Positions 1 through 10,739 of a stretch of DNA of 25,540 nucleotides are shown here, piece by piece. Below the pieces are notes generated by a model that was not told where the DNA came from, made no database searches, and was given only the letters and a program-made list of their open reading frames with translations. The DNA lies in contig CAJNUA010000212.1 in NCBI GenBank assembly GCA_905330235.1, positions 92,189 to 117,728 on the forward strand, in the 5' to 3' direction. The DNA comes from Rotaria sp. (taxonomy: Eukaryota). The first letter of the stretch is position 1. The number at the start of each line of letters is the position of its first letter. The position numbers and the translations under genes were made by a program.

Positions 1-1162
1 TTCTAGCAACGGTCTTATCTCGTTTGTCGCAGAATATGTTTGTTTGATATCAATAAAGCTATTTTTATTTTTCGTTTTATGAATCACATTAAAGTCAGGA
101 TTGTCTTCTTGTTCAATTTCTCTTGACCATGTATTATGCTTTTCTTTGTTAGCAACAATTTCAGCCCAATCATTATCTTTCAAATTCAAAGATAATTCAT
201 TGAATAACGATTCTACTTCACCTGTATCTTTGACATTAATTTCGTACTTTCTCTGATTTTCATATACAATATCTTTTACTTTTCTGTTGCATTGTAGTCG
301 AGCGTCAAAGACTTCACCAATTTGATGAAATAATTCGTAAGGCTTTTTTAAATCATCTCGACTTCTTATAGGTAAATATAGAGATAGAAGATTTTCAAAA
401 TAATTTTCTTTATCTGTTTCTCGGTTAAAATATGGATACCGAATAATAGCTTTACGATTACAACGTTTTTTAATAGCAAAGTTCAATGTTTGTAAGCGTT
501 GAATTGGTGTTTTTGGTTTTTTAACATTTTTACTGATTGGCAAAATTTCATATTCAGATGCAAAATCTGCCATACAAATGTCAAATTCAGGTTGGTTTGG
601 TCTATCAAAATATTTGTCAGCTAAATTAGACATATAAATATTTTGATCATTTGGATCCATTTCCTTCAATATATTAGGTGGTTTCAAAAATTTACAACTG
701 TTTGAATGTGATGGTACAAAAATAAAACCTCGACTTGAATATGTTAGTGGCATTTTAGTAGCACGATAAATAGCCTCCTGCACACTAACCTGTCGATGAT
801 TAAAAAATGTACCTGTTAGTTTTTTCATTTCGTCACGTACAGACATATTTCCTTCACGACACTCTTTATGAGTTGCTTCAAGTAATAAACTCATTTCTCG
901 TTCTGGTTTTGTTGTATATGACATAAGGTACTTAGCACATGCATATGGATCAAGTACAAATTGAATATCCATATTAGCATCCCATGCTCTTAATATTTCT
1001 TCATTATATTGATTGACCCATCGTGCATTAGGTTCTCGTTTATGGATCATGATGGTTCTAGTATGAACTACTCGAAGTGCACATTCATAGTCTTTATAGG
1101 TCCAATTATACTTGGTGAGAAGGTTATCAAAATCAGACCATGACAATATTTTTTTCTTTTTC
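1..1162 (-). CDS. Helitron Rep/Hel ORF continuation in a shifted frame. It contains the WDANMDIQ and catalytic two-Tyr motifs and is open to the window edge.
   Basis: Manual minus-strand translation from the TAG at 1163-1165 down to position 1 gives an uninterrupted ORF of ~387 codons: KKILSWSDFDNLLTKYNWTYKDYECALRVVHTRTIMIHKREPNARWVNQYNEEILRAWDANMDIQFVLDPYACAKYLMSYTTKPERE... The frame change from the upstream segment falls within 1136-1162, which contains a T8 run (1149-1156). Confidence 0.7.
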
Positions 1163-3757
1163 TAATGCATTCATTGCTGCATTCATTTCAGTAAGAATTT
1201 CTTTTGCTCTTTTTGCATACTGCTTATCATCATCAGTAACAATTTTCATTGGTTCACATATGAATGTCCGTCGAGCAACAGGTCGAGGAAATCCAAATCG
1301 ACACAAAGTTTTAAAATATTTTAAGCAAGATTTTGAATGATTACGAGAATGACTTTGTACTTCTTTGATAAGATAATGTAATACGGCATCTTCATCTAAT
1401 GAAGGAAATCGTGTCGTAATATATTTGTCACAAAATTTCACAATTTCTTCACGAGTTTTTGCATCGGTTTCAGGTCCAATATATTTAGGTGCACCTTCTA
1501 CCCAAAGAGGCATATGTGAATGTGGTGAACCTCGTAATTGCATTTCTATACGAGAAAACGAGTCTTTTACATTGCCTAAACATGATGCTCCGCCTTTAAT
1601 GAATAAAGTCATAAAATTAGTAAATCTTTTTTCAAACAGGCGTGCAGCTAAAACAGGATTAGCTCGTAGCAATTTTGTTTTTTCTTCAAATGTATATGAT
1701 TCCTTAATTGTACCTCCAGTATGACGTACAAAAGTATCAACGAATTCTTTCCAACGCAGATCTGCACATGATAATGTAAGAAAAAACGTTGGAAAACCCA
1801 ATTGTCGTGTCATAGCGAATAAATCTTTTAGACGTTTATGCCAATACTGCGGACTACCGCGGACACATTGCAAATGACGATATATCATGTCTTTATTCAT
1901 TAAAAACTTCATTTGTGTTTCATCTAAACTTTGTTGTGCATTCATTGGTAATTTTTTCCGAAAAGCAATATTGATTCCGGAATAGACTTGTTTCAAGTCA
2001 CCTAAGTATTGTAGATAAAAGATATAGCTTGAGTCGGCAGCAAACCGAGAATCTGATGAAAATAAACGTGCTTTACAATATTCTTTCCATTTTAGATTTG
2101 ATTCACGATCTTCATCAAATGATCCTTTCCCGTCTGGAAATAAATGAGGAAAAGCTAATGCTTCAATGGTTTTATCTGTTAACAATGAACTCAATTTATT
2201 TTTTTCTGCCGGTGCTATAATACATGGTTCTTTATCAAAAACAAGAAAATCGTTATAATCACTTGGTTGAGTACATGAATCTGTACCAATATTATATTTA
2301 GTACGGATATCATTATTATCTTCATCTATTTCTTCATCACTATTATTATTATTATTATCAATATCGCCTAATGCTAATGACTTCAAATGATTTTCATCAG
2401 ATGTTACTTTTTCTTCAATTGAATTTTCTGTTTCAATAATATCAATATCCATTATTTCAACCACTGAATTAGTATTATTTTCACAATTATTGTTCTGATC
2501 TGAAGTAAGATAACTTTCATCAATTTCATTTATCTTTATATTTTTGTATCCTGGATGCATCTTTCTTAAAATTAATAATGCATCTCGTACGTCATTTGGA
2601 TTTATTAATTGTTCTTCCCACACTGCTTTATATTTTATTCGTCGTTTCAATTGCAATCGAACCATCATAGATTTATCAACTGGACGTGGCAATGTGGTTA
2701 CAGTATCTTGCACATCTGATGGTACACAATGAAGTGGTCCTTTAGTACCTTTTTGTGCTAATCTACTTGATACTTTTCCTGATGTTAAATTTACAATTTT
2801 CATAAATGGTAATCGTAAAGAAATTAAATGTTTTTCCAAATTATTTAAATTTGTTAATTCAGGTGGAATTTGACAAACTTCTAATTTATTCAATAATGCT
2901 CGACTTGGCAATTGTTGTTTTTTTATTTTATATGAACATAATCTACAAATCCATCTGTGTTCTGATGAAGATGCATCAATAAAGTAAGATGGAATATATT
3001 CACTCATTTCAAACGACATATTTTGTTTTACATACTTGTCTTTCATAAATGGTATTACTTGATTACGAAAAAATGTTATTCCGCATGAAATACAAATATA
3101 ATCAGGTCCTTCTTCAATAATGTTTCGAAACTCTTTCAACTTACCTATATATAAGTGGTTGTGTTTTAATGTGCATTTATGACTTTCAATGATACTATAC
3201 TTTTTTAAGATACGTCTACGTTGATTATAAAGTTGTCTTGACTTTTTTCTCGTCAATGTATTATTAATACTATACCAATTTAATGCATCTTGAATCATTT
3301 TCAATCGTATCGAATTATTAGTGTAATATCTTTTTAAAACTTCAGTTTTCATGCGTGCTTTATATTCATTTCGAAAACTTGAATTATTATGATATTTATT
3401 TAAAATAGTAATCTTTGATTGTGTTATCAGTTTGTTCCGAAAATCTGAATCATTATGATATTTATTTAGCATAGTAATCTTTGATTGTGTTTTAAGTTTA
3501 TTTCGAAAATCTAAATTATTATGATATCTATGTAAATTATTATTCTTTGATTGACTTTTAAGTTTATTTCGAAAATCCGAATTACTATAGTATTTATTTA
3601 ACAAATTAATCTTCGATTGTGATTTAATCTTTTCACGAACATTTGAATTTGTATGATATTTTATTGAAACATGCGAATTTATACGAATCTTTTCTTTATC
3701 ACGAAATGGAATATTAGTTTTATATTTCTGTTGATAAAATTTTCTTAAACGTTCAGA
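1136..3757 (-). CDS. Helitron Rep/Hel ORF, main segment. It has N-terminal 22-aa tandem repeats, a zinc-finger-like Cys/His region, and a Rep domain with the HUH motif. It ends at a TGA at 1133-1135 because of an apparent frameshift.
   Basis: This is the 823-aa ORF in the track. Its 'M' at 3604 is TTG, not a real start, and the same frame is open upstream to 3757. The protein includes LGFPTFFLTLSCADLRW, typical of the Helitron_like_N region, and RGSPHSHMPLWV. Confidence 0.7.
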
Positions 3758-3760
3758 TTA
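3360..3760. repeat. Tandem repeat of ~66 bp, at least 5-6 units, inside the Helitron ORF. It encodes the reiterated 22-aa unit (K/Y)HN.SDFRNKL..QSKI..LN.
   Basis: Repeated DNA blocks 'tttcgaaaatctgaatcattatgatatttatttagcatagtaatctttgattgtgtt' can be seen directly. The translation shows the periodic peptide. Confidence 0.75.
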
Positions 3761-4273
3761 TTTTCGACGTAGTATCCCATTCAGAGAACAATTTTTTCTC
3801 CACCATTTGCGTTGTCTACTTGTTGTTAAGGTAGAATTTTCATTACTAAAATTATTACCTATTTGTTTTCGACACTGTCTGTTTTTCAATTGTCTTTTAC
3901 GTTCGCTGTCTAGACGACAAACTCTTGACACAACTTTTTTAACAATATCTTTGATTACATGTTGATCATCAATTTCTTTATGTATTTGAATTTTTTTACG
4001 TAGAGTATCTCTCACATCTTTGCTATTTCTATAATTAATATAGTTTAAATCAATTAAATCATTTTCTGATGCACTCAACGATTTTTGAGCAAACGAATGT
4101 GCAAATGAAATATTTCTAATACTACGTCTCAAACTTAAAAATTTTTTGAACGCTTTTACAGTTACAATCAATATTCTCCACGAACGACTAATCTTTGAAT
4201 GAACTTCTTGTCGTCGTTTATAAGATTCTCTTCTTGATTTCGCTTTCGATGCAGCTGATTTTTTTCGAACCAT
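3761..4273 (-). CDS. Helitron Rep/Hel ORF, N-terminal basic (K/R-rich) segment. The ATG is at 4273. It is in the same frame as the next segment and separated from it only by a TAA at 3758-3760.
   Basis: This is the 171-aa ORF in the supplied track. Translating 3605-3757 shows that the frame continues, with no other stop, into the repeat-containing ORF downstream. Confidence 0.55.
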
Positions 4274-4348
4274 GTTTAATTCAAATATGTGTAAGTAAAT
4301 ATTTCCAGCTAATAATCGTTACACTTTTACTTTTAGATTAAGCAAATA

Positions 4349-4517
4349 AAAAAGAGCTAAATATTGCTTATTCTTCTTTTTGATAATCACGTTTTACCTC
4401 CTAACTTGATGAGGTAATAAGAAAAAATTAGCACATAAAAGAGCTAAATATGACTTATTCTTCTTTACGAGAATTACGTTTCACCTCCTAACTTGATGAG
4501 GTAATAAGAAAAATTAA
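4349..4517. repeat. Tandem duplication of a ~88-bp unit. Each copy carries a short hairpin (TTACCTC-n10-GAGGTAA).
   Basis: 'aaaagagctaaata(t)tg(a)cttattcttcttt...cacgttt(t/c)acctcctaacttgatgaggtaataagaaaaa' occurs twice in a row. A perfect 7-bp inverted repeat lies at 4395-4418. Confidence 0.8.
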
Positions 4518-5193
4518 ATTTGCTTCCAGATAATTCTTCGACACTGCTTAGTGAAGATATAGCTACAGAAAGTCAAAAACTTGGCGACCTTCTTTTAAAC
4601 AAGAATTTAATTCAATATTTTATTTTTATTGTTCAATTATGCTTATCCCAAATACAATCTAAAAATAAACAAACAATCCATAAAAAGATGAAACAGTAAC
4701 ATAAGTTTCAATTAAACGTGTATAACATAATGTAAAAATTCTAAAAATCAAAAGAAATTTTTAACCTATTTAATTCTAGTCTCCATTGAACCCTGTGTAA
4801 CTTTAAGGCCTTCACCGAAGCAATCGAGTCAATTTTTTAAATAACAAATGCATTTATTATGTTAGATGGCTCTGTCAGTATTTCATTATCTCTATGATTC
4901 ATTAAATTGAATGCAATGTGAATTAACATATGTTGATGACGTCATTTTAATTATCTCGAAGATCGAAAAACGATAGTTTCCTTTCACAATTGTCATTTTG
5001 GAACGTTTTTTGTAGCCGAACGTCACGGTCGATTAAAAATTAGAATAAATATATCGCAAGTTCGATCTTGATACTTTCATCTGCAGTTTCAATGAATTTT
5101 CTATCATTTATGGTTCTCGAGATCATCGTAACACAAAATGACGACTTGTGATGCGTACGTCAAGTAAGTAAAAAATAATAAAAAAAAAAAAAA

Positions 5194-5516
5194 AACTCGC
5201 GACGAACTACATAAATGCTTCTGCTTCGCATCGCATTAAAAACTCGCGAACGACTACAGGAATGCTGTGCTTCGCACCGCATTAAAAAAACTCGCGACGG
5301 ACTACATAAATGCTGTGTTTCGCATCGCATTAAAAAAGTAAACTCGCGCACAACTACATAAATGCAGTGCTTCGCACCGCATTAGTAAAGAAAGAAAGAA
5401 AGAAAGAAAGATATAAAGAAAACTCGCGATGCAGTACTATAAAGTGCTTCGCACCTTAAAAAGTAAACTCGCGCACGACTACATAAATGCTGTGCTTCGC
5501 ACCGCATTAAAAATAA
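5194..5516. repeat. Tandem array of ~48-52 bp, 6 units: 'aactcgcga(c/a)gaactacataaatgctgtgcttcgcaccgcattaaaa'. An (AAAG)6 microsatellite at 5387-5410 interrupts it.
   Basis: Unit starts at 5194, 5242, 5290, 5342, 5422 and 5467 were read directly from the sequence. Confidence 0.85.
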
Positions 5517-5699
5517 GTTGATATGCTTTGATAGAGTTCTCTCGATGAAGTGTTTTCTAATGGCGTCTTCTCAATTATTTTAAATTCCATCAGCTGATTT
5601 AAAAAACTGACTCAACTGATGTAAAGTGCTCTTATTTACTATGTGTTCACTAATACATCGTCCGAACGATTGTTCGTCTTTTCTGATTGTTCGAGTTTT

Positions 5700-7400
5700 T
5701 GAGAATTTAGAATTCGTGCTTCGCACCGCATTTCGTATTCGAGAGAGTATCGAATACCATCTAGTATGTTTATTTATTTCTTATTAGACATACGCATCTA
5801 AAGTTGACGTTTCATGTCGCAGTGATCTTGAGAACTGAAACTCAGAAAATCTTCTTTCAAGCGTTAGATGAAAGTATCGTGATCTAACCGAAACCTCCTT
5901 TTTTTCATTTTTTGTTATGTTGTCCCGGTCGCATATAAATAGCTTCCACAAAAGACAAATTTTTGAAGACTTTGATTGTTTTCAAGCTTCAAGATAATTA
6001 AACCATAAGAAGTAAGGCGCCATTCACTCTTCTCATGTATGAAACAGCTGTAATTACAGCTGATGAAGGATAATGAATCATATCGATAATTACACGATCA
6101 ATCGATGATGCTCTTTAAAAGCCGGTGGACCGGCTTTTATAGATTTCGCGCGATGATGAATTCTAAATAACTACTTGTCGATCTGTGCTAGATTTCGACC
6201 AGTTGATTGAAGGAAATGCACATTTTCCATTTACAACAATCGACAGAAAGCTCTCCTCTCTATGAAGCAAAAACAACTTCAAGAGAAACATGGTTCAATT
6301 TTGAGTCTATAATCGATTTATCGTTTTTTTCTCGAAAAATCGACTGTTTCACTTATTCGATATTCGTAATTCGCACCTTATCTCGTATTCTCGACAAAGT
6401 CTACATACCATCTAGTTTCTTTAGTTATATCTTGCTAGACGGTAAGCAAATTTTTTCAGATTTTGTGTCACAGTGATCTTGAGAACCGAAACTCAGAAAA
6501 TCTTTGTTCAAGCGTGAGATGAAAACATTGGGATTGAACCGAAAACTTCTTGTTTCAATTTTGTTATGATGTCTCGTTCACATAAATAGCGTCCAAAAAA
6601 AAACAGATTTTTGAGGACTTAAATTTTTTTCAAGCTTCGAGATAATTAAAACTAAAGTTAGGCACGACTCTCGTTATTCATATATGAAATATCTGTAAGT
6701 ACAATTGATGACAGATAATGAATCAGACCGATAATTAAATGATAAATTGACAATGTTCTTTAGAAGAATTTGACAGGTATTTACAGAACTATCGCAGTTA
6801 TAAATCTCAGAATAGATACTTTCCAGCTACTATCAAAGTTCAATCAGCTAATCAATGGAAATACAACTTTTCCAGTTATAACGATCGATAGAAACCTCTG
6901 CTTTCTGTGGAACAGAAACAATTCCAAGAGAAACATCATTAATCCGACTTTAAGTCTCTAATCGATTTTTCGTTTTCTTCAAAAACTTGATTATTTGACA
7001 TAGTCGATATTCGTGCTTCGCATATTATCTCGTATTTTCGGCTTTGTCGAGATGCCATCTAGTTCTTTCTTACTTTCTTTACGTACGCATAAAAAGTTGT
7101 CATTTTCTGCTGCAATGATTTCGAGAACAATAAATAAAAAAAATACTTGTTTAAACGCGGAGTACAGGTATCGAGAACGAAATACTACCATTTTCTTCGA
7201 AATCTATCGCACCATGTCCCGTTCTCGAGCGAATATCGTCCAAAAAAGACAAATTTAATAGAATTTGGAGCTTCCTTCCTTTCGAGATAATTAAAATGAA
7301 AAGTTTATGTGCCAATGAGCATATTATCTTATGTGATATCTTTTCTTTCTCAATATGATGCTATACAATCAATGATACATAGTGTTCACAATCGCGTTAC
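5700..7400. repeat. Satellite-like tandem repeat with a 652-bp period and ~2.6 units. The third unit has diverged. Each unit begins with a degenerate copy of the 48-bp array motif ('tgcttcgcaccgca') and contains a TATAAATAG motif.
   Basis: 'cagtgatcttgagaac(t/c)gaaactcagaaaatct' recurs at 5820 and 6472. The series 'catataaatagc...caagcttc(a/g)agataattaaa' lines up in three units. Unit starts are near 5703, 6355 and 7004. Confidence 0.8.
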
Positions 7401-7439
7401 TCTTAAGTTTATCTATGCACGATTGAGCCTTATTCTCTT

Positions 7440-7803
7440 TCTGTCGTAATGTGCTTCTCGTTTTGTATCATCATTCACTCGTATATTATATATATTGTCC
7501 TCACCTGTCTATTCTTACGCTGTTCTCCTTACTCTACTGTTCTTCTATATCTGCTCTCTCCTTGGCCTCATCTTCTTTCTTTTCGTCATCTCTTATTTTA
7601 TCCGTGTATATAAGCGTGTACTTCATATGTAAACGACACGATTGTATGATATGAAGGAATGGAATAAAGTATATCTCCATCCACACTAACATACCTTCTA
7701 TCATTTATCGCCACAAGACAATTATATGATATGAAGGAGTAGGATAAAGTGTATCTCCATCTACACTATCCTCGCTTCTAACATTTTTATCGTCACAGAA
7801 ATT
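7440..7803 (+). repeat. Dispersed repeat family 2, copy 1. Its parts are a CT-rich tract, GTGTATATAAGCG, 'tatgtaaacga', 'gatatgaagga', AATAAA, and the end '...atcgtcacaga'. It may be a solo LTR.
   Basis: Shares a ~70-bp core with the copies at 10935 and 12995. A TATA-like motif is followed ~50 bp later by AATAAA. It ends in CA. Confidence 0.5.
7644..7803. repeat. Tandem repeat of ~80 bp, 2 units ('atgatatgaagga.t.ggataaagt.tatctccatc.acacta...cttcta.cattt.tatcg.cacag').
   Basis: Direct comparison of 7644-7724 with 7725-7803. Confidence 0.75.
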
Positions 7804-9244
7804 GCAGTCCAGATTGAATTTATCGTTTGTTTTTCTGTCACAGTTATAGGACAGTGCTTTTTTGAATTATAATGCATGATTGACATAAATTCTTTTTAGC
7901 TTTTGCTAGAGAAAAATACTTGCTTAATTTTTGTATCATTTATTTTGAAATTTATTTTTTGAATTTGGGGCTTTGTTTAAATTTGAAGTCGAGTTAGGCA
8001 GCTCTTGATTAGAGCGATGACGAACTTTCATTCTTCCTAACTATAACAACTCAATTTTTCGAATTATCATTGAAGTTGTTAGCTCTATGTATGGGGATGA
8101 CACTATAGAGCTAAGCTATACTATGTATATATATATATTAGCATACATACATGAATGAATATGCAGCCGAATGGATGAATATATATAGGTATATAGTAAA
8201 CACGTGTATTGTGATGCAAACAATAACAGTACAACTACACGCAACAAGAAGTATGACCAGAACGAATAATGAAAACAAAGGATGACCAGGATGACGAGAA
8301 TAGAAAGAATAGTGTGTGAGTGGAACAACATGTATATATATAGTGTACACGGTACACACATCGATCACGCGCTGATCACACAAGTGGTCACTCAACAAAT
8401 GACGTCATGTCATAATCATATACTAGCTTAGCGTTAGTGTATATTCACTGACGCTAACATCGACGAACGTTACTTTTATGTATATATCGTGCCATAAATA
8501 TTTTGGAGCATGACAAAATATATGAAAATTGTCATCGTTCTACTGATTTATATAAAATTCATAATATTCTTTGCACTCGTAGTATGTTTGATTTTAGTTA
8601 TTATATTGATTTTGCACTATCTATTTACCTATCTATATACGTATACGTATATCGCACCAATGGCGGATGTGGATAGTTGCAGCAAATAAATTCACATCTG
8701 CACCTACACACTCAACCAAAACTACCATTACACGCATACACTGTATAAATATTCTTCAAAATGATAAGAACCTTTACGTTACCTAAGGAATGTTTCATTT
8801 TTCTCCAATCAGATTTTTAACTTCTGTGAGAATCCCATCGCTTGAATAAGGATTATTAGGATGAGACGATGTAAATTATTTTAAAATTTGTATTCACTTG
8901 AAATTTCCAACAATAGACTCTTTCTGCGATATCTTTATTATCTTTAAACTTGATGATTTGATTCTTTGTTTCTTCTGTCAAGTTATCCATTTTCAGTCGG
9001 AGCGTTAACTTAAGCTTATTTTGGAAAACAAAATAAGATAAAGAAACAAATAAAATTTTTCTTTTATAAGAAAATGTATAGTAGAAAGAGTAACAATATA
9101 ATGTGGTTGTATTTAGATAAACTTTATCATATGGAATATTCTTCATTTGAAAATACGGTAACTGAAAACATCTTCAAGGAAATACAGTACTAAATCACTC
9201 TTTTAAACGTTATTTAAGTAAATTAACAGGCCGATATGTTTTTT

Positions 9245-9310
9245 GGGTGTGTGTGGGTGTGGGTGTGGATATCACTGCGCGTATGAAAGCATCAATACCC
9301 ATGCCCACAC
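9245..9310 (-). repeat. Foldback/hairpin repeat copy A, in reverse orientation. Its right arm is expanded into a microsatellite.
   Basis: The reverse complement of 9266-9310 is 'gggtgtgggcatgggtattgatgctttcatacgcgcagtgatatcc', which is nearly identical to copy C at 15274-15322. Confidence 0.7.
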
Positions 9311-9415
9311 CCACACCTACACCCACCCACACCCACACCCACACCCACACCCACACCCACACCCACACCCTCAACCCACACCCTCAAACCACACCTACAC
9401 CCAAACCCTTCTTTT
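9298..9415. repeat. (CCCACA)n-type microsatellite, ~18 units with variants (CCTACA, CCCTCAA).
   Basis: Seen directly: 'cccacacccacacctacacccacccacacccacaccc...'. Confidence 0.9.
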
Positions 9416-9805
9416 ACATATACATGTATTTTCATACATAAGAGAGAGAGGGAAATATATAAATGAAATACAAGGAGAGAGATGAATAAGTATCCTCTAC
9501 TCCAGCCTAGACTATTTTATATAAAGAAGATAACGTTCAATGTATTCTTCTATTAGAATGCCCTTGCATTTAGAACAGAAGAAAAGAGTGAAAATTTATT
9601 GAAATTGTCACGGTCGAATAGGAAAGTAGAAGAGAAAAGAATAAGAAATAAAGATGTATGTTAGAGCACTCTAATAAAGTTAAATATATATTTGAATGGA
9701 AATCGGTTCCGAATATTTAGAACCGAACCGAATCGATCGAATTTTTCAAAATTTCGAACCGAACTGATCCCATCACTAGTGTCTGCAATAAGCGCTTGCC
9801 TATCA

Positions 9806-9832
9806 TGGTGGGGTGGGGTGGGGGTGGGGGGG
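9806..9832 (+). other. G-quadruplex-forming G-tract (GGTGGGGTGGGGTGGGGGTGGGGGGGG).
   Basis: At least four runs of G4 or longer with 1-nt loops. This is the only strongly GC-skewed spot in its neighbourhood. Confidence 0.6.
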
Positions 9833-10739
9833 GCTGTCTGTAATGAAGAGGTCTGGCATGAAGAGGTTTGTAACGGGGGCTGTCAGTAGTGAGGGAGGGG
9901 AGAAAGCCGCCAAAACTTGAATTTAAAACTGACACTCCCTATTTTCTTCGAAAATAGATGTGAGTTCCACAAAATTTAAACAACATTAAATCACTATAAT
10001 CAGACAATTGGAGTTGGTTCGAAAAAGATTATGAAACTGTTATAAAATATTGCAAACATTCGCTTTCTGAACATGAAAATCCGAATATATTAAAGAAAAA
10101 ACAAGAAATTGAAAACTTTCTTAAGGAACAAGAAAAGCTAGCTTATATTAATCCTGAATTAGCTGAACATGAAAAAAACAATAGAAAACTGATCTTCCTA
10201 AGAAGCTAATTAGTTAAAGACATTCAAAGATTAAACATAACGGTTTATGACTGTCATAAACCGTTTTCGAGGGCTTTATTTTTCTACGTATTATTTTACA
10301 GTGTGATGCCTCGTTATAAAATAGCTTGTGTTGTGCTAGTATAATTTTGATGTAAGAAGAAAGATTAGCTAGAAAAGCCGCAGAAATAAAAGAAAATTAA
10401 TTGAAGTTTTCAGAACCATAGTAATTTACGTCACACTATTTTGAAATGCGTTAAATTATCTTACAGTACATATATGAAGTTTGGATTATAACGCTTCACC
10501 CTAGAATATTTTTCAAAAGAATGCTTACTTTATGAGAATAAAAAACATGAGAATGGAACCAAAAGCAGATAAACACAACATATAGGTTTTTCATGATGCA
10601 CAAGTAACGATTCATTTGAGAAACAAAAAATTTACTACTGTAGGATGTAAAAGACTCGATACAACAGCAGCACCTCATCGTGCTAAAGAGAAAATGTGAC
10701 AATTCCAGCTCTGTTTATTTAATTGAGTATTCTTAAATA

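Larger units (their letters stand above)
1..4273 (-). mobile_element. Helitron-like rolling-circle transposon, Rep/Hel coding region. It is partial: it continues past the left window edge into the expected Pif1-type helicase part. The element's 5' terminus on the minus strand lies somewhere above 4273 and was not resolved.
   Basis: The minus-strand translation contains RGSPHSHMPLWV (two-His HUH motif, ~1508-1534), WDANMDIQFVLDPY (~961-984) and CAKYLMSYTTK (two-Tyr motif, ~914-937), in the order characteristic of Helitron Rep. Upstream in the protein is a Cys/His-rich region (CISCG...HRWICRLC). The long ORF has no introns, as is typical for animal Helitrons. Confidence 0.8.

Noticed and set aside
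1133-3604. Treating the track's 823-aa ORF as a complete protein starting at 3604
   Set aside because: The 'M' at 3604 is TTG. The same frame is open upstream to the TAA at 3758 and then continues to the ATG at 4273, so the ORF boundary shown in the track is artificial.
5160-7258. Several 60-90-aa ORFs inside the 48-bp and 652-bp tandem arrays
   Set aside because: They fall within satellite units and have no homology. The frames are not maintained between units.
7451-7654. ORFs translating the CT-rich tracts (also 10740-10955 and 12817-13047)
   Set aside because: They are low-complexity S/L/F-rich translations of the pyrimidine tracts in the three copies of repeat family 2. The frame is not conserved between copies.
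8870-9004. 44-codon ATG-initiated minus-strand ORF (MDNLTEETKNQIIKFKDNKDIAERVYCWKFQVNTNFKIIYIVSS)
   Set aside because: It is short, has no recognisable domain, and lacks splice context. A small peptide gene is possible but not supportable from sequence alone.
9692-9935. Overlapping 65-aa (+) and 72-aa (-) ORFs
   Set aside because: They are driven by the G-rich/C-rich tract (poly-Gly/Pro translations). These are compositional artefacts.
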